NCBI GenBank assembly: GCA_051117555.1
Contig: JBNPEG010000220.1
Span: 1 to 38,920, forward strand
Source of the DNA: Elainellaceae cyanobacterium
GTDB lineage: Bacteria > Cyanobacteriota > Cyanobacteriia > CAZCXK01
Direction: 5' to 3'
Length of the DNA stretch: 38,920 nt
The notes beneath the pieces were generated by a model. That model did not search any database and was not told the origin of the DNA. It worked only from the letters and a program-made list of their open reading frames with translations. Both the position numbers and the translations under genes were made by a program. Positions 27,582-36,760 of this stretch are shown in pieces. Numbering within the stretch: position 1 is the stretch's first letter; each line of letters starts with the position of its first letter.

Positions 27582-29129
27582 CTAAAAACTCCAGTCGCCA
27601 TCATCGGCGTGACGCAATTGTTCAACTTCAGCCTGGAGCTGCTGAAAGTAATCAGTTTGAGTAATTTCTGCAACCTGGTTGGCTCGCTTGCCCTGATCGA
27701 TTTCAATCCGCAATTCTTTGACCTGCCGCCGCAGAGTCTCTTCTGCCTGTTTGCGCTCAGTAATATCTTCAACAATGCCTTCAAAATAGAGCAGATCGCC
27801 GCGGATGTCGTAGACGGCGCGGGTACTTTCCGAAATCCAAATAATGTTCCCATCTTTGCAGTAGGCTTGACATTCAAAGCCGTGGATTTCGCCTTGGGTT
27901 TCAATGATGGCTCGGAGGCGATCGCGACATCCCGGATTGACGTAGATTTGTCGTCCAATTTCATTCACCGTTGCCATCATGTCATCCGTCGAATCATAGC
28001 CAAACAGACGCGCCATAGCAGGATTGACGCTAATATATCGGCCATCTGGGGTCGACTGAAAGATGCCTTCAATTGCATTTTCAAAGATGCCACGATATTT
28101 TGCCTCTGCAAGCCGCAGTGCGTCTTCAGCGTGTTTGCGCTTCGTCACATCAATGCCAACCGAGATTGCCGCCATGCCTCGCTGATATTTGCGGGCTGCT
28201 ATCAAGTAATGATAGAGCTGGTCATTGATATGAATTTCAACGGTTTGAGAGGCAGCGAGTCGGGAACTTGCCAAAAACTCGTTCATAAAATCAGCAAATT
28301 TAAAGTCGCCGCCTAAAAACCCAAGCCGCTGACCGATAAATGCATCAGGAGTAAGATTAAACTGAGCTGCCAAATAGGGATTGACTCCTAAATAATGCCC
28401 ATGGGTGTCCACCCAGGAAATTGACCCTGGAACAGCCTCCAACACTGCTTCAAGCTGGTCTTTTGCCTGTTGCAATGCGTCTTCTGCTCGCTTGCGATCG
28501 CTAATATCAAATAGGGCACTCAGAGTAGTTGGCTCGCCGTTAAAAGTAAGTTGTCGCAGTGAAGCAGTCACCCAAAATGGCGTGTCGTCGGCTCGACGAA
28601 GCTGGATTTCGCAGTTTTGAATCTGCCCAGTCTGCTGAATGAGAGTCAATGTTTGCAATCGCTCAGCGGGATTCAGATAAAAATCGATGACGGGGCGACC
28701 AACCAGCTCATCGACGGGTAAACCGAACGCATTGCTTGCCATCGCATTGGCATATAGAATCGTGCCTGCTTCTGAGGTGCGACAGATCAAGATTGGCGTA
28801 GGCGTTGCTTCTGCAATCGTCCGAAACCATTCTTCGCTCTGGCGAAGGGCTTCAACCGCTTGATGATGCAGCTCATCTTCGACTGTATCCGAATGCTCAG
28901 TCGTCATTTCCAGGAGAATTTCGAGGTCGGTTTTTTCTTGTTTAAGAGCAGCAACCTCCTGAGACAAGCGAACAATCTCGGCATGGAGCGCATTGTCAGA
29001 CGGACTTGCTAATGCCCGGAGACAGTCACGAATGACATCGGTGCGGGTCTTGCCCGATCGAGCACAGTGCTCATCTAAGTAGCGGAATTCTTGCTCATCA
29101 ACGACGACAGTTAGAAGTTTTTTGCTCAT
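27582..29129 (-). CDS. Ribbon-helix-helix / coiled-coil / 3xPAS sensor protein with short C-terminal helical tail and no catalytic output domain
   Basis: From ATG 29129: RHH-like MSKKLLTVVVDEQEFRYLDEHCARSGKTRTDVIRDCLRAL; helix EKTDLEILLEMTTEHSDTVEDEL; three PAS/PAC units ending DISDRKRAE, DVTKRKHAE and DITERKQAE; tail LRIEIDQGKRANQVAEITQTDYFQQLQ. Confidence 0.85.
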   Translation of the reverse strand: MSKKLLTVVVDEQEFRYLDEHCARSGKTRTDVIRDCLRALASPSDNALHAEIVRLSQEVAALKQEKTDLEILLEMTTEHSDTVEDELHHQAVEALRQSEEWFRTIAEATPTPILICRTSEAGTILYANAMASNAFGLPVDELVGRPVIDFYLNPAERLQTLTLIQQTGQIQNCEIQLRRADDTPFWVTASLRQLTFNGEPTTLSALFDISDRKRAEDALQQAKDQLEAVLEAVPGSISWVDTHGHYLGVNPYLAAQFNLTPDAFIGQRLGFLGGDFKFADFMNEFLASSRLAASQTVEIHINDQLYHYLIAARKYQRGMAAISVGIDVTKRKHAEDALRLAEAKYRGIFENAIEGIFQSTPDGRYISVNPAMARLFGYDSTDDMMATVNEIGRQIYVNPGCRDRLRAIIETQGEIHGFECQAYCKDGNIIWISESTRAVYDIRGDLLYFEGIVEDITERKQAEETLRRQVKELRIEIDQGKRANQVAEITQTDYFQQLQAEVEQLRHADDGDWSF

Positions 29130-29241
29130 CTCAGGCGCCCTATTGACTGCAAAGGAAGATGCTAGCTCAGGAACATAATCACATTTCGCTGTGTTGCATC
29201 TTAACTGACTATTCGTTCCAATTCTGTAGCTTTGGTTTGAT

Positions 29242-30816
29242 TCAAGATTTGAGGGCATGCAGCGTTAAACAGGGGGATGCGCGATCGCCACTCGTCGAAA
29301 ACGAACCCTCATCTTGAGAGACGAATCGCCAATAGAGGCCCCCCATGCCACCTAGCAACAGCAGTACCAGGAGTCCCATGAGCCAAAAGCGAGTACGGCT
29401 TTGTTGAAGGCTACGTTGATGCTGCTGCATGAGGCGTTGATAGCGGTCAGTGGCGATCGCCAATTCTTGCTGCATTGTGCGCCGTTCATGGGCATAGCTC
29501 GCTGCTAAAAACCAATAGTCTAGGCTGCTCAATTGCTTCCCCAACGACCAGTCTTGAGCATCGTCTAGCACCCCACTGTTTAACAAATAAGCCGAATCAC
29601 TGTAGCCGGATGCAACCCAGGCCTTTAATTGATCGGCATAGGGACGCAGCCGCGATAGTTGCTTTTCGACCCAGGCCGGGTTAAACACCTCTCGATAGAT
29701 ACGGTTATAGACCTTTAGCTGCCCGTTTTGTTTGACAACCAACCCCGACAGCAGCAGCTCTACCTGCTCCGCCGAATCATCAGCAGGCAACTGCCCGTGC
29801 TGCAATAGTTGCTGATATAGACCCAAAATCTGACTCGATCGCAATTCGTCTTTCAAGAGGCGATCGCGAATGGTGCGCAGGTGAGGAGGCTCATCGTGAG
29901 ATACCCAGTTATCAATCACGCATGATTCAACTAAATTTGCGACCTGCACCGCAATGTCGTGATGCTGAGTTAATACTTCTCTCACCAACTGCTGCATAAA
30001 CGGTGATTCTCCCTGAGAAGGCGAGGGATGAGGCAGTCGATCAAAATGTTGATCCTGCTGCTGAATCAACAACTGGCAAAGCTTTTGCGTTAGAAAAGGC
30101 TGTCCTGATGTCCACGTTAGAATCTCGTAAATTACGTCACGCGGATGGTCGACCCGCCCAACCAAGCCGTTAATCAACGGCTGTACTTCATCCCGTTGAA
30201 ACCCTATTAACTGAATCGCCCGACCCACATTAAAGGGCGATCGATTTTTGTCGGCAATCAAATCGGTAGGAGTCGCGACACCAAGCAGCGCAAAGGTGAG
30301 ATGCTGATGTTCGTAGCACGAGCGAATTAAGCCGAAAAAGTCATCCGTGTCAAAGGGCAAACTCAACGTGCTATCAATTTCATCTAGAAAAATGACGACA
30401 GGCTGTTGAATAGTTGTGAGAACAACCGATTCAAAAAATGCACCCAATCGTCCGACAGGGGATAGGGTGCTATGTTCATCCAACCACGTTCTTAAATTAA
30501 ACGATCGCACGAGCTGGAGACTTCGCACCAATCGCATGATGATATCGGCATACCATTGCTCAGGTGTAATATTGTGACTCCCAATGCCCGACAAATCGAC
30601 CGTAGCGCACGTAATGCCATCATCCTGAAGCCGCTTAGCAACCTGCACTCGCAAGCTTGACTTGCCCATCTGACGGCAATTGAGGACGTAACAAAATTCA
30701 CCCCCTTTAAGAGCGTGATAAAGCTCGTCGTCTGCCTGCCTCATCACGTAACTCGGCGCATCGAACGGCAGTCGTCCGCCGACTTGATATTGATAGTTGG
30801 ACGACGGATGCTGCAT
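29242..30816 (-). CDS. AAA-like (AAA_35 / STAND-type) P-loop NTPase with C-terminal TM anchor
   Basis: 524 aa. YQVGG.L..DAPSYV.RQAD..L, Walker [11 protein letters not shown], Walker [34 protein letters not shown] and LRPYA motifs; ends in a coiled coil plus hydrophobic helix. Confidence 0.88.
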   Translation of the reverse strand: MQHPSSNYQYQVGGRLPFDAPSYVMRQADDELYHALKGGEFCYVLNCRQMGKSSLRVQVAKRLQDDGITCATVDLSGIGSHNITPEQWYADIIMRLVRSLQLVRSFNLRTWLDEHSTLSPVGRLGAFFESVVLTTIQQPVVIFLDEIDSTLSLPFDTDDFFGLIRSCYEHQHLTFALLGVATPTDLIADKNRSPFNVGRAIQLIGFQRDEVQPLINGLVGRVDHPRDVIYEILTWTSGQPFLTQKLCQLLIQQQDQHFDRLPHPSPSQGESPFMQQLVREVLTQHHDIAVQVANLVESCVIDNWVSHDEPPHLRTIRDRLLKDELRSSQILGLYQQLLQHGQLPADDSAEQVELLLSGLVVKQNGQLKVYNRIYREVFNPAWVEKQLSRLRPYADQLKAWVASGYSDSAYLLNSGVLDDAQDWSLGKQLSSLDYWFLAASYAHERRTMQQELAIATDRYQRLMQQHQRSLQQSRTRFWLMGLLVLLLLGGMGGLYWRFVSQDEGSFSTSGDRASPCLTLHALKS

Positions 30817-31035
30817 CGTTGCGTTCCTATACGATAGGGCAGGATAGGGATAGTCTACCGATGAATATGGAATCTGACTGAATCTGACACGTCAGAATTT
30901 CTAAACTGCTGGCTCATTATCGTTAATATTGCAGATTTGGCTTCAAGCCGTCGATACAGAAAAGTTAAGGAATTCAATCTTAACTTTCATCTCTCTCGTA
31001 GAATGAATGTATGCTGCTATATTCAGCAATGACCT

Positions 31036-31782
31036 ATGACCAGCGCTCTTTCGTCAGCCGAAACAACCAATATTTTCTACCCGAGTGGTGACGGTGAACC
31101 TGTGGCGGAGACCTATGATCACTGTTTTGCTTTGCTAACCACCTTAGAAGTGCTACGGCAATATTTGGCAGGGCAGCAAGCCACGGTTTTGGGCAACCAG
31201 TTTCTCTACTACTCGCAAGGGTTTCCAAGGCTGCGCGTCGCCCCAGATGTGATGGTAATTTTTGGCGTAGAACCTGTTGGGCGCGACAACTACAAGATCT
31301 GGGACGAGGGTCAAGTTCCCCAGGTGATCTTTGAGATGACGTCTGAAAGCACTCGGACACAAGACAGCGAATTTAAAAAGACTCTGTATCAGCAGTTGGG
31401 GGTTCAAGAATACTGGATGTTTGACCCTAGAGGCGAGTGGATTGACACAACGCTGGTAGGCTATCGCCTCATCAGAGACACGTATGAACCTATTACAGAC
31501 AGCCGCAGCGAACCGCTTGGGCTACGACTTGCCATTGAGGGCAAATTCATCGCCTTTTATCGAGAAGACACGGGCGAAAAGTTGTTAATCCCTGACGAGC
31601 TGGCAGAACGACTTCAGCAAGAAACGCAGGCACGGGTGCAGGCAGAAGCAGAGGCAGAACAAGAACGCCAACGAGCAGAACAAGAACGCCAACGAGCAGA
31701 ACAAGAACGCCAACGAGCAGAAGAGTTGGAAGCAGCGTTAGCTCGATATCGAGAGCGCTTCGGCGATTTACCAGACGCTTGA
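31036..31782 (+). CDS. Uma2 (DUF820) family putative endonuclease
   Basis: YPSGDGEPVAET, VAPDVMVIFGV, PQVIFEMTS, K..LYQQLGVQEYWMFDP motifs and a C-terminal AEQERQR coiled coil. Confidence 0.92.
   Translation: MTSALSSAETTNIFYPSGDGEPVAETYDHCFALLTTLEVLRQYLAGQQATVLGNQFLYYSQGFPRLRVAPDVMVIFGVEPVGRDNYKIWDEGQVPQVIFEMTSESTRTQDSEFKKTLYQQLGVQEYWMFDPRGEWIDTTLVGYRLIRDTYEPITDSRSEPLGLRLAIEGKFIAFYREDTGEKLLIPDELAERLQQETQARVQAEAEAEQERQRAEQERQRAEQERQRAEELEAALARYRERFGDLPDA
31654..31722 (+). repeat. 3.3 x 21-bp perfect tandem repeat encoding AEQERQR
   Basis: GCAGAACAAGAACGCCAACGA at 31654, 31675 and 31696, plus GCAGAA. Confidence 0.92.
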
Positions 31783-31790
31783 TTTAAGGC

Positions 31791-32591
31791 TCAAATTGCT
31801 TGACCTAATGCCCATTGCATCAGTCCTGGAACAAGTCGATAGGCTTCTGTTGCAATGGAAGCTACACCTACCACAACGTCAGATTTTTTCTTGCTGACGG
31901 CGTCCCAGATGGCGATCGCAATGTCGTCTGGCTCACTGACAAACGAGCTGCTGAGCACCGACTGCATGCGATCGCGCCCCTGCTGTTCGGCCTGTGCATC
32001 GTGCCCTCGAAACTGTGCCCGTTCCATAAAGCTGCTGTTGATCACCCCTGGATGCACGGCTGCAACGTGAATGCCCTTGGGTGCAAGCTCAAGCCGAAGA
32101 GAGTCGGTGAGCCCCGTCACTGCATACTTACTGGTACAGTAAGCAGTCATAGTCGGTAATGGCATTTTGCCTCCAAACGACCCAACGTTGACAATCGTCC
32201 CGGTTTTGCGGTCTAACATATGAGGCAGCGCCGCATGAATCGTATAAATACACCCCCAAACATTGGTGTTCATAATCTGCTGCCAGTCGTCGAGCGTGGT
32301 GTTTTCAACAGGACCCGTTAGGCAGATTCCGGCATTGTTCACCAACACATCAAGCTGACCAAAGTGATCAAGCGTTTTCTGCACAAGGGCTTCAACCTGA
32401 TGGCGATCGCCCACATCAGTCGGGATGGCGATCGCATCTTGTCCCAGTTGCCGAACCTCGGCGGCAGCGTTTTCTAAGCGTTCCGGCTGACGAGCCGCCA
32501 GTGCAACCCGATATCCGTTTTGAGCAAAGATCTGCGCGGCTGCTTTTCCACTGCCTTGCGACGCGCCCGTTATCAGAACCGTAGGAGCCAT
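31791..32591 (-). CDS. Short-chain dehydrogenase/reductase (SDR)
   Basis: TGASQGSG, NNAG and YCTSK (YxxxK) motifs. Confidence 0.93.
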   Translation of the reverse strand: MAPTVLITGASQGSGKAAAQIFAQNGYRVALAARQPERLENAAAEVRQLGQDAIAIPTDVGDRHQVEALVQKTLDHFGQLDVLVNNAGICLTGPVENTTLDDWQQIMNTNVWGCIYTIHAALPHMLDRKTGTIVNVGSFGGKMPLPTMTAYCTSKYAVTGLTDSLRLELAPKGIHVAAVHPGVINSSFMERAQFRGHDAQAEQQGRDRMQSVLSSSFVSEPDDIAIAIWDAVSKKKSDVVVGVASIATEAYRLVPGLMQWALGQAI

Positions 32592-32630
32592 AATTCCACT
32601 GATGAACCACGCTTTTATTATGGCGAACTA

Positions 32631-32680
32631 TTAGAAAGGGCAGGACTTGTTCTCTTAGAAAGGGCAGGACTTGTTCTCTT
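32631..32680. repeat. Perfect 24-bp tandem duplication (TTAGAAAGGGCAGGACTTGTTCTC)x2
   Basis: Units at 32631-32654 and 32655-32678, plus TT. Confidence 0.9.
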
Positions 32681-32739
32681 CTAACGCCTGAATCCGGTAT
32701 CTCAATATACCCCTGGTTGACTGACAAATCTTTAGCGTA

Positions 32740-32831
32740 TGGCGGTGAAAACCGCTGCTACACAAGCAAAACCCTCTCGCGGGAGTCGGCTTTCGCCGAC
32801 TTCGTAAGTGTAGGCGCGGCTTTAGCCGCCA
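32740..32831. repeat. Cluster of REP-like palindromes (two inverted GTAG-type units flanking a third hairpin)
   Basis: 32740-32763 (minus: GTGTAGCAGCGGTTTTCACCGCCA) and 32808-32831 (GTGTAGGCGCGGCTTTAGCCGCCA); central GGAGTCGGC-TTTC-GCCGACTTC. Confidence 0.65.
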
Positions 32832-33039
32832 GCTTCCAGAGTTTTGTCAGTCAATTAACAATACACCCATTAACCAGTGTGATATCTAGTTGGGTTTGAA
32901 AACTTTTCTCAATATATCGAAAACTGTTCCTAATGTTTTCCTAAGATACTGATTAGCTCCAGGATTTCTCAGCCGATGAACGATAACTATCTCATCAACA
33001 TAAAATCCTGGACGATCGCTCATATGATAGTCAACGTGA

Positions 33040-34020
<981 letters not shown>

Positions 34021-34193
34021 AAAATTGGTAAGGGCGGTTTCTCCTGACGGAGACGCTATGCGTAAAGCCTTACGGCATACCAGAAAGGCGTAGCCGTAAC
34101 GCACCACCCCACAAGGCTTTGATGCGTTACGCGATCGCTGGATGCCCAATTAAGAAGCCGAAATCTGGCAACGTTTGGCAACTATGCTCTGTG

Positions 34194-34260
34194 AGATCCC
34201 CGGCTTCTTTGTTGGGGAGTCTAGTTATAATCGTCACCTCAATGCAGAAGCCGGGGATCT
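34194..34260. repeat. MITE-like 15-bp perfect inverted repeat pair
   Basis: AGATCCCCGGCTTCT (34194-34208) and AGAAGCCGGGGATCT (34246-34260); a degenerate third copy AAGAAGCCGAAATCT at 34152-34166. Confidence 0.75.
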
Positions 34261-34290
34261 ATCCATGCTCCGAGTTTGATAGTCAACTGG

Positions 34291-34752
34291 CTATGACGGA
34301 TACGGTGTTCCGTCTTTGTGCATAAACCTCCACTCACCCGTGTGATAATGAGCTGTCAAATCCACATCTGGATAAACGACCTCTTCATCAGCGGTGCGAT
34401 CGCCAATTTCGAGATAGCTCGCCGCACTGCCTGAGCGGTTGATTAAATGATGCCCGTTGGGATCGCCAGCAGGGAATCCGGCTGCCATTCCGGCCTGTAA
34501 AATGTGCTCTCCCTCATCCGTCACGAGCGTCAGTTCTCCTGACAGCACATAGATAAATTCATCCTGATTGAGATGCCAGTGGCGCAGAGCTGAGCAGCTT
34601 CCAGGGGCTAGCGTCACCATGTTGACGCCAAAGTTTTTCAGCCCTGCCGCGTCACCGAGTTTGCGCTTTGTTCGTCCGGCGACGAGCGATCGAAACGGAT
34701 CGGGATAGTTGGTGCTTGTTTTCCCTGCAATGTCAACTGGACGAATAATCAT
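34291..34752 (-). CDS. Cupin domain protein
   Basis: 153 aa. SALRHWH..QDEFIYVLSGEL and GFPAG..NGHHLINRS motifs; the start overlaps the upstream gene's stop (ATGA). Confidence 0.9.
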   Translation of the reverse strand: MIIRPVDIAGKTSTNYPDPFRSLVAGRTKRKLGDAAGLKNFGVNMVTLAPGSCSALRHWHLNQDEFIYVLSGELTLVTDEGEHILQAGMAAGFPAGDPNGHHLINRSGSAASYLEIGDRTADEEVVYPDVDLTAHYHTGEWRFMHKDGTPYPS

Positions 34753-35576
34753 AGTGAGTTCCCTGATTGTGTGTCTCTCTCAACTCGATAAACGGTGACC
34801 GCATCTCGAATCCCAATTTGAAGCCGTGCTTGGGCACTGCCTCCATTCACCGCAATTTCTATCCATCCGTGGCTGCCAATGAGCGCTAGCATCTCCCCGA
34901 TCGCACTTTCTCCATAGGTGTGCCGGCTGGGAATTTGGGTGTGTTTCACCTTGACAGACCAGCGGAGCGATCGCACCTCATCCCCTGAAATAGTCGTAAT
35001 CACATTTCCAAAGTGGTCAATGTGCTGCACATATCCTGTGATTTGAGTCGTTGTTTTTTGAACCTTGGGAATATCAAATTCGACTAACGAGTCAGGTGAA
35101 ATGGCGGTGCCTAGCTCTTGAAGCGAAACACCCGTTGCCAGATGAGCGCCGACCGGAGCAAAAATATCGCGACCATGAAAAGTAGAGCTAGGCCGAGCAT
35201 TGCGCCAATAGGCTGGATTATTGAGGTCGACCCCTTGAACAGATGGGTCGCGCCCGTATTGACTCAGCACCCCATCCAAGACCCCGTTATCAGGTCCTAC
35301 AAAAAATCCCGCAGGAAGCTGAAGGGCGATCGCCCGCCGAGAGCCTCCCACCCCTGGATCAACGACTGCGACATGAACGGTTCCCTCGGGGAAATAGGGA
35401 TACGCATTCATTAGGTTAAAGCGGGCGGCGGCAATGTTTTGCGGCGGAATTTGATGGGTTAAATCAATGACGTGAACCTCGGGGGCGATCGCAGCAATCA
35501 CGCCTTTCATGATGCCGACGTAGGCATCACTCAGGCCAAAGTCAGTGAGCAAAGTCAAAATGCGACGAGTTGACAT
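34749..35576 (-). CDS. SAM hydroxide adenosyltransferase / chlorinase-fluorinase family (DUF62)
   Basis: LLTDFG..D.YVG.MKGV, VVDPGVG, VGPDNG, SSTFHGRDIFAP, IDHFGN and EIAVNGG motifs. Start placed at ATG 35576. Confidence 0.92.
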   Translation of the reverse strand: MSTRRILTLLTDFGLSDAYVGIMKGVIAAIAPEVHVIDLTHQIPPQNIAAARFNLMNAYPYFPEGTVHVAVVDPGVGGSRRAIALQLPAGFFVGPDNGVLDGVLSQYGRDPSVQGVDLNNPAYWRNARPSSTFHGRDIFAPVGAHLATGVSLQELGTAISPDSLVEFDIPKVQKTTTQITGYVQHIDHFGNVITTISGDEVRSLRWSVKVKHTQIPSRHTYGESAIGEMLALIGSHGWIEIAVNGGSAQARLQIGIRDAVTVYRVERDTQSGNSL

Positions 35577-35614
35577 CAAGATCCAGAATTCACATCTTTC
35601 CGACACGACGGATT

Positions 35615-36541
35615 CTAAGCGGGTTGAAGAGAGTTGCTCGGCGCTGATTTTTGACCGGACTGAAGCGTATCAAGAAACGCAAATACGGGCGGCGGCTGAA
35701 TGCTGTCTTCTAAAATCGCAGCTCGAATAATACGCTCAAAGGGGGTCGGCAACTGACAGACTTGGATTTCTGACGGAATCTGACCTGCTGATAGACGAGT
35801 TAGAATCGCCATGCCCAGACCTTGAGCCACCATGCCCACCATCGTCGAACTTTCTCTCACTTCGTAGGCGATATCCATACAAACGCCGTGGCGTTGGAGA
35901 TAGTCGCGCAGTCGAATATGGCAAGAATTACCTGGAATATACGAAATTAGAGGAATCCGACGAATTTGCTCCCAGGTGAGGTGGTTCCCGTCGACGCAGA
36001 CGTTGGGAGGCAGTAGCGCAAGATATTCGTCTCGCATAATGTCCCAGGTTTCAAACCCGTCTGTATGCAAAACGTCGACCAGCCCCACATCGGCCTGTCC
36101 GTCTCGCAACATGCGCTCAACATCCCATGAATCAAAACATTCGTGAAGCGTGATTGAAATATTGGGAAAGCAGTCGCGAAACGCAGCGACTTTCTGGGGC
36201 AATAGACGCGTTGAAACACTTTGAAACGCAGCGACTCTAACTCGTCCTGCATGCATGCCTCGATGGAGTTGTGCTTCCTCGGTGATGTTGCCCAAAAGCT
36301 GGAGCATCTGTTGCGCATGACGGGTAATGCCTTCCCCCGCTGAGGTAAGCTGTGCTCCTTGACGACCCCGCGACAATAAAACAACGCCGAGTTCATCTTC
36401 AAGAGAGGCGATCGCATGACTAACGGCAGATTGAGAGATGCCAAGCTGCAAGGCGGCTTCGCTAAAATTTCCGCAGTCAGCAATGACGACAAGCGCCCGC
36501 AACTGCGACAGTTTAATTCGGTTGGGTTGGATATCAGTCAT
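35615..36541 (-). CDS. LysR-family transcriptional regulator
   Basis: HTH GNFSEAALQLGISQSAVSHAIASLEDELGVVLL.R and substrate-binding domain with MVAQGLGMAIL. Confidence 0.95.
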   Translation of the reverse strand: MTDIQPNRIKLSQLRALVVIADCGNFSEAALQLGISQSAVSHAIASLEDELGVVLLSRGRQGAQLTSAGEGITRHAQQMLQLLGNITEEAQLHRGMHAGRVRVAAFQSVSTRLLPQKVAAFRDCFPNISITLHECFDSWDVERMLRDGQADVGLVDVLHTDGFETWDIMRDEYLALLPPNVCVDGNHLTWEQIRRIPLISYIPGNSCHIRLRDYLQRHGVCMDIAYEVRESSTMVGMVAQGLGMAILTRLSAGQIPSEIQVCQLPTPFERIIRAAILEDSIQPPPVFAFLDTLQSGQKSAPSNSLQPA

Positions 36542-36679
36542 GCTGCGAACTCAAGACATGTTTGCATTGTGACAGAAATGGATGGCATCATCCCCATTAA
36601 TTTTGTGGATGCCAGCATCATATCGCCCTACGGGCTTAGGTTTGTGTGGTGAGCCCCCTTGCAAGGCTGATGGCCGCCA

Positions 36680-36718
36680 ATCCAAAATCGCACATCCAAA
36701 ATCGCACATCCAAAATCG
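36680..36718. repeat. STRR-like short tandem repeat, 2.8 x ATCCAAAATCGCAC
   Basis: Units at 36680, 36694 and 36708 (partial); intergenic. Confidence 0.85.
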
Positions 36719-36760
36719 AGAATGGATATTAACCGCCAGCCTCCGAATTTTGTCAGTTAA

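Noticed and set aside
27609..28316. 235-aa plus-strand ORF
   Set aside because: Antisense shadow of the PAS gene with no recognisable motifs.
29130..29258. Long start of the PAS protein overlapping the AAA-like gene
   Set aside because: The extra 43 residues look non-domain; the RHH-like pattern begins at ATG 29129.
29242..31782. Anti-phage defence pair (NTPase + Uma2 nuclease)
   Set aside because: The genes are divergent, and both families are common multicopy genes in cyanobacteria; nothing else supports a link.
32631..32831. CRISPR array
   Set aside because: The repeats are directly tandem or inverted, with no unique spacers of regular length and no cas genes in the window.
34749..35576. 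Halogenase (fluorinase/chlorinase) biosynthetic role
   Set aside because: It has the HGRD motif typical of the widespread DUF62 SAM hydrolases and no secondary-metabolite genes nearby.
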